From contig NMRA01000119.1 in NCBI GenBank assembly GCA_002633005.1, positions 770,228 through 834,227 of the forward strand: a DNA stretch of 64,000 bases, read 5' to 3'. This DNA comes from Phoronis australis (taxonomy: Eukaryota > Animalia > Phoronida). The position numbers were made by a program, and so were the translations under genes. Below, one piece after another: positions 62,812 through 64,000 of the stretch. Below the pieces are notes generated by a model, which did no database searches, was not told the origin of the DNA, and was given only the letters and a program-made list of their open reading frames with translations. Within the stretch, counting starts at the first letter, position 1. The number at the start of each line of letters is the position of its first letter.

Positions 62812-64000
62812 CAGTCTAGGCCTGAATGCCGCGGGCATACAGGGGCGATAGTGTATCCCCATAAAAAGTAACTCACTTCAAAATACAGCAAATAAAATCA
62901 AATAAAACATGCATATGTGCACATGGAGTTATAATTAATACATACCCTGATACTGGGTACAATTTAGTCTACGAATAACTTGAACATATCCATGGAAATC
63001 TCGCGGTTCGCTGGAGTTTCTCTCACTTGGCTCCATTTTGAGGAAGTTACGTGACGTCACAGTTAAGTCTCTCGTAATCTCGCGTTATTGTTATGAACTC
63101 GCAAAATGACTATTGATCTCAAAGTGCTTCTTAGTCATTATAGTGGTTGACCTAGAAATGACTGTGAGACGTTAGCAGTTGTAGAATATATAGGTCAATG
63201 TGCTTGGTCAAGATTCTTCATTCTACCTAGGAACCAGTACCAACGTCGGAAAGGGTGTCTTTTCTGACGAAACAATGCCCTACGAACTTCGAGATTTCAA
63301 AACTCTACGAAGGATTCCTTTTTCCAGCTAGACTTCAAAAATCTATACAGAAATGTAATTAATATTATGTTTTAGCTTGACAACGGGAAACCAGGTCCCA
63401 AGCTTGTCGCATGAAGATCGGTAGATAGGCGTATCCATTGTTCACTTCAAGTTCGTAAAGATAGGTGATAAACCATACCACGCGCTTACGCTCGTCGCAT
63501 TGATCTCGCAAGTTAAACAATGCCTTGCGACCTCCATACGACTTTATTTGGCATAGCTTCTCGTCTTGTGTTGTTTCGAGCTAAAATAGTTTACAATTCA
63601 GCTTTCCAAGAGTCCTTACGAAATGGTTAGGTTAACGGGATTAAACCCTTACAAAAGGATGATATCTCAAAATCTTATGAAAGGGTGACTTTTTCGTGAA
63701 AGTTCCATACAATAGAGTTTTTTTTTCTACACCACTTTCTTCCTTTATGACAACTTCGTACGCTCAATTTTGGAGCCGATGACGTCAGTAAAAATTGAGT
63801 GATTTGGAATGATAGTCCTGTTTTCATGAAGTCCCCCTGGGGTCAGTATTCATGCCGTTGGTTAGCATTCGATACAAACAAAAGCAAGACTTTAAGTCAT
63901 TACAATGGCACACTATTACTATCGCCTATAACAAGAGATCCCAGGAATAGTTTGAAAGTTTCTGTGCCCAAACACCCCTGCAGTATTCACCTAATGATAG

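Overview
This is eukaryotic (metazoan, probably marine lophotrochozoan-type invertebrate) genomic DNA with GT-AG introns and draft-assembly gaps (N-run 2627-2870; single n at 14723, 17728, 21759, 26005, 27461, 59928). Four protein-coding genes can be reconstructed by hand. (1) The last two exons of CARNMT1 (+, 794-3077). (2) A large type-I transmembrane mucin (-, ~8172-27737; signal-peptide exon not found) made of three [PTS repeats + SEA domain] modules, a TM helix, a YDNPSY motif and two candidate alternative last exons that both end in class I PDZ ligands (ITRV*, DTRL*). (3) A single-coding-exon class A GPCR with non-canonical DRY/NPxxY motifs (-, 45514-46578). (4) A calexcitin/sarcoplasmic Ca-binding-like EF-hand gene (-, 49322-54366; first coding exon not found). 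Non-coding DNA holds a tRNA-derived SINE, several MITE families with readable target-site duplications (one nested insertion) and two long fold-back hairpins whose arms carry Penelope-type minimal hammerhead ribozyme motifs. All calls come from reading the sequence and recalled family knowledge; no database searches were run.
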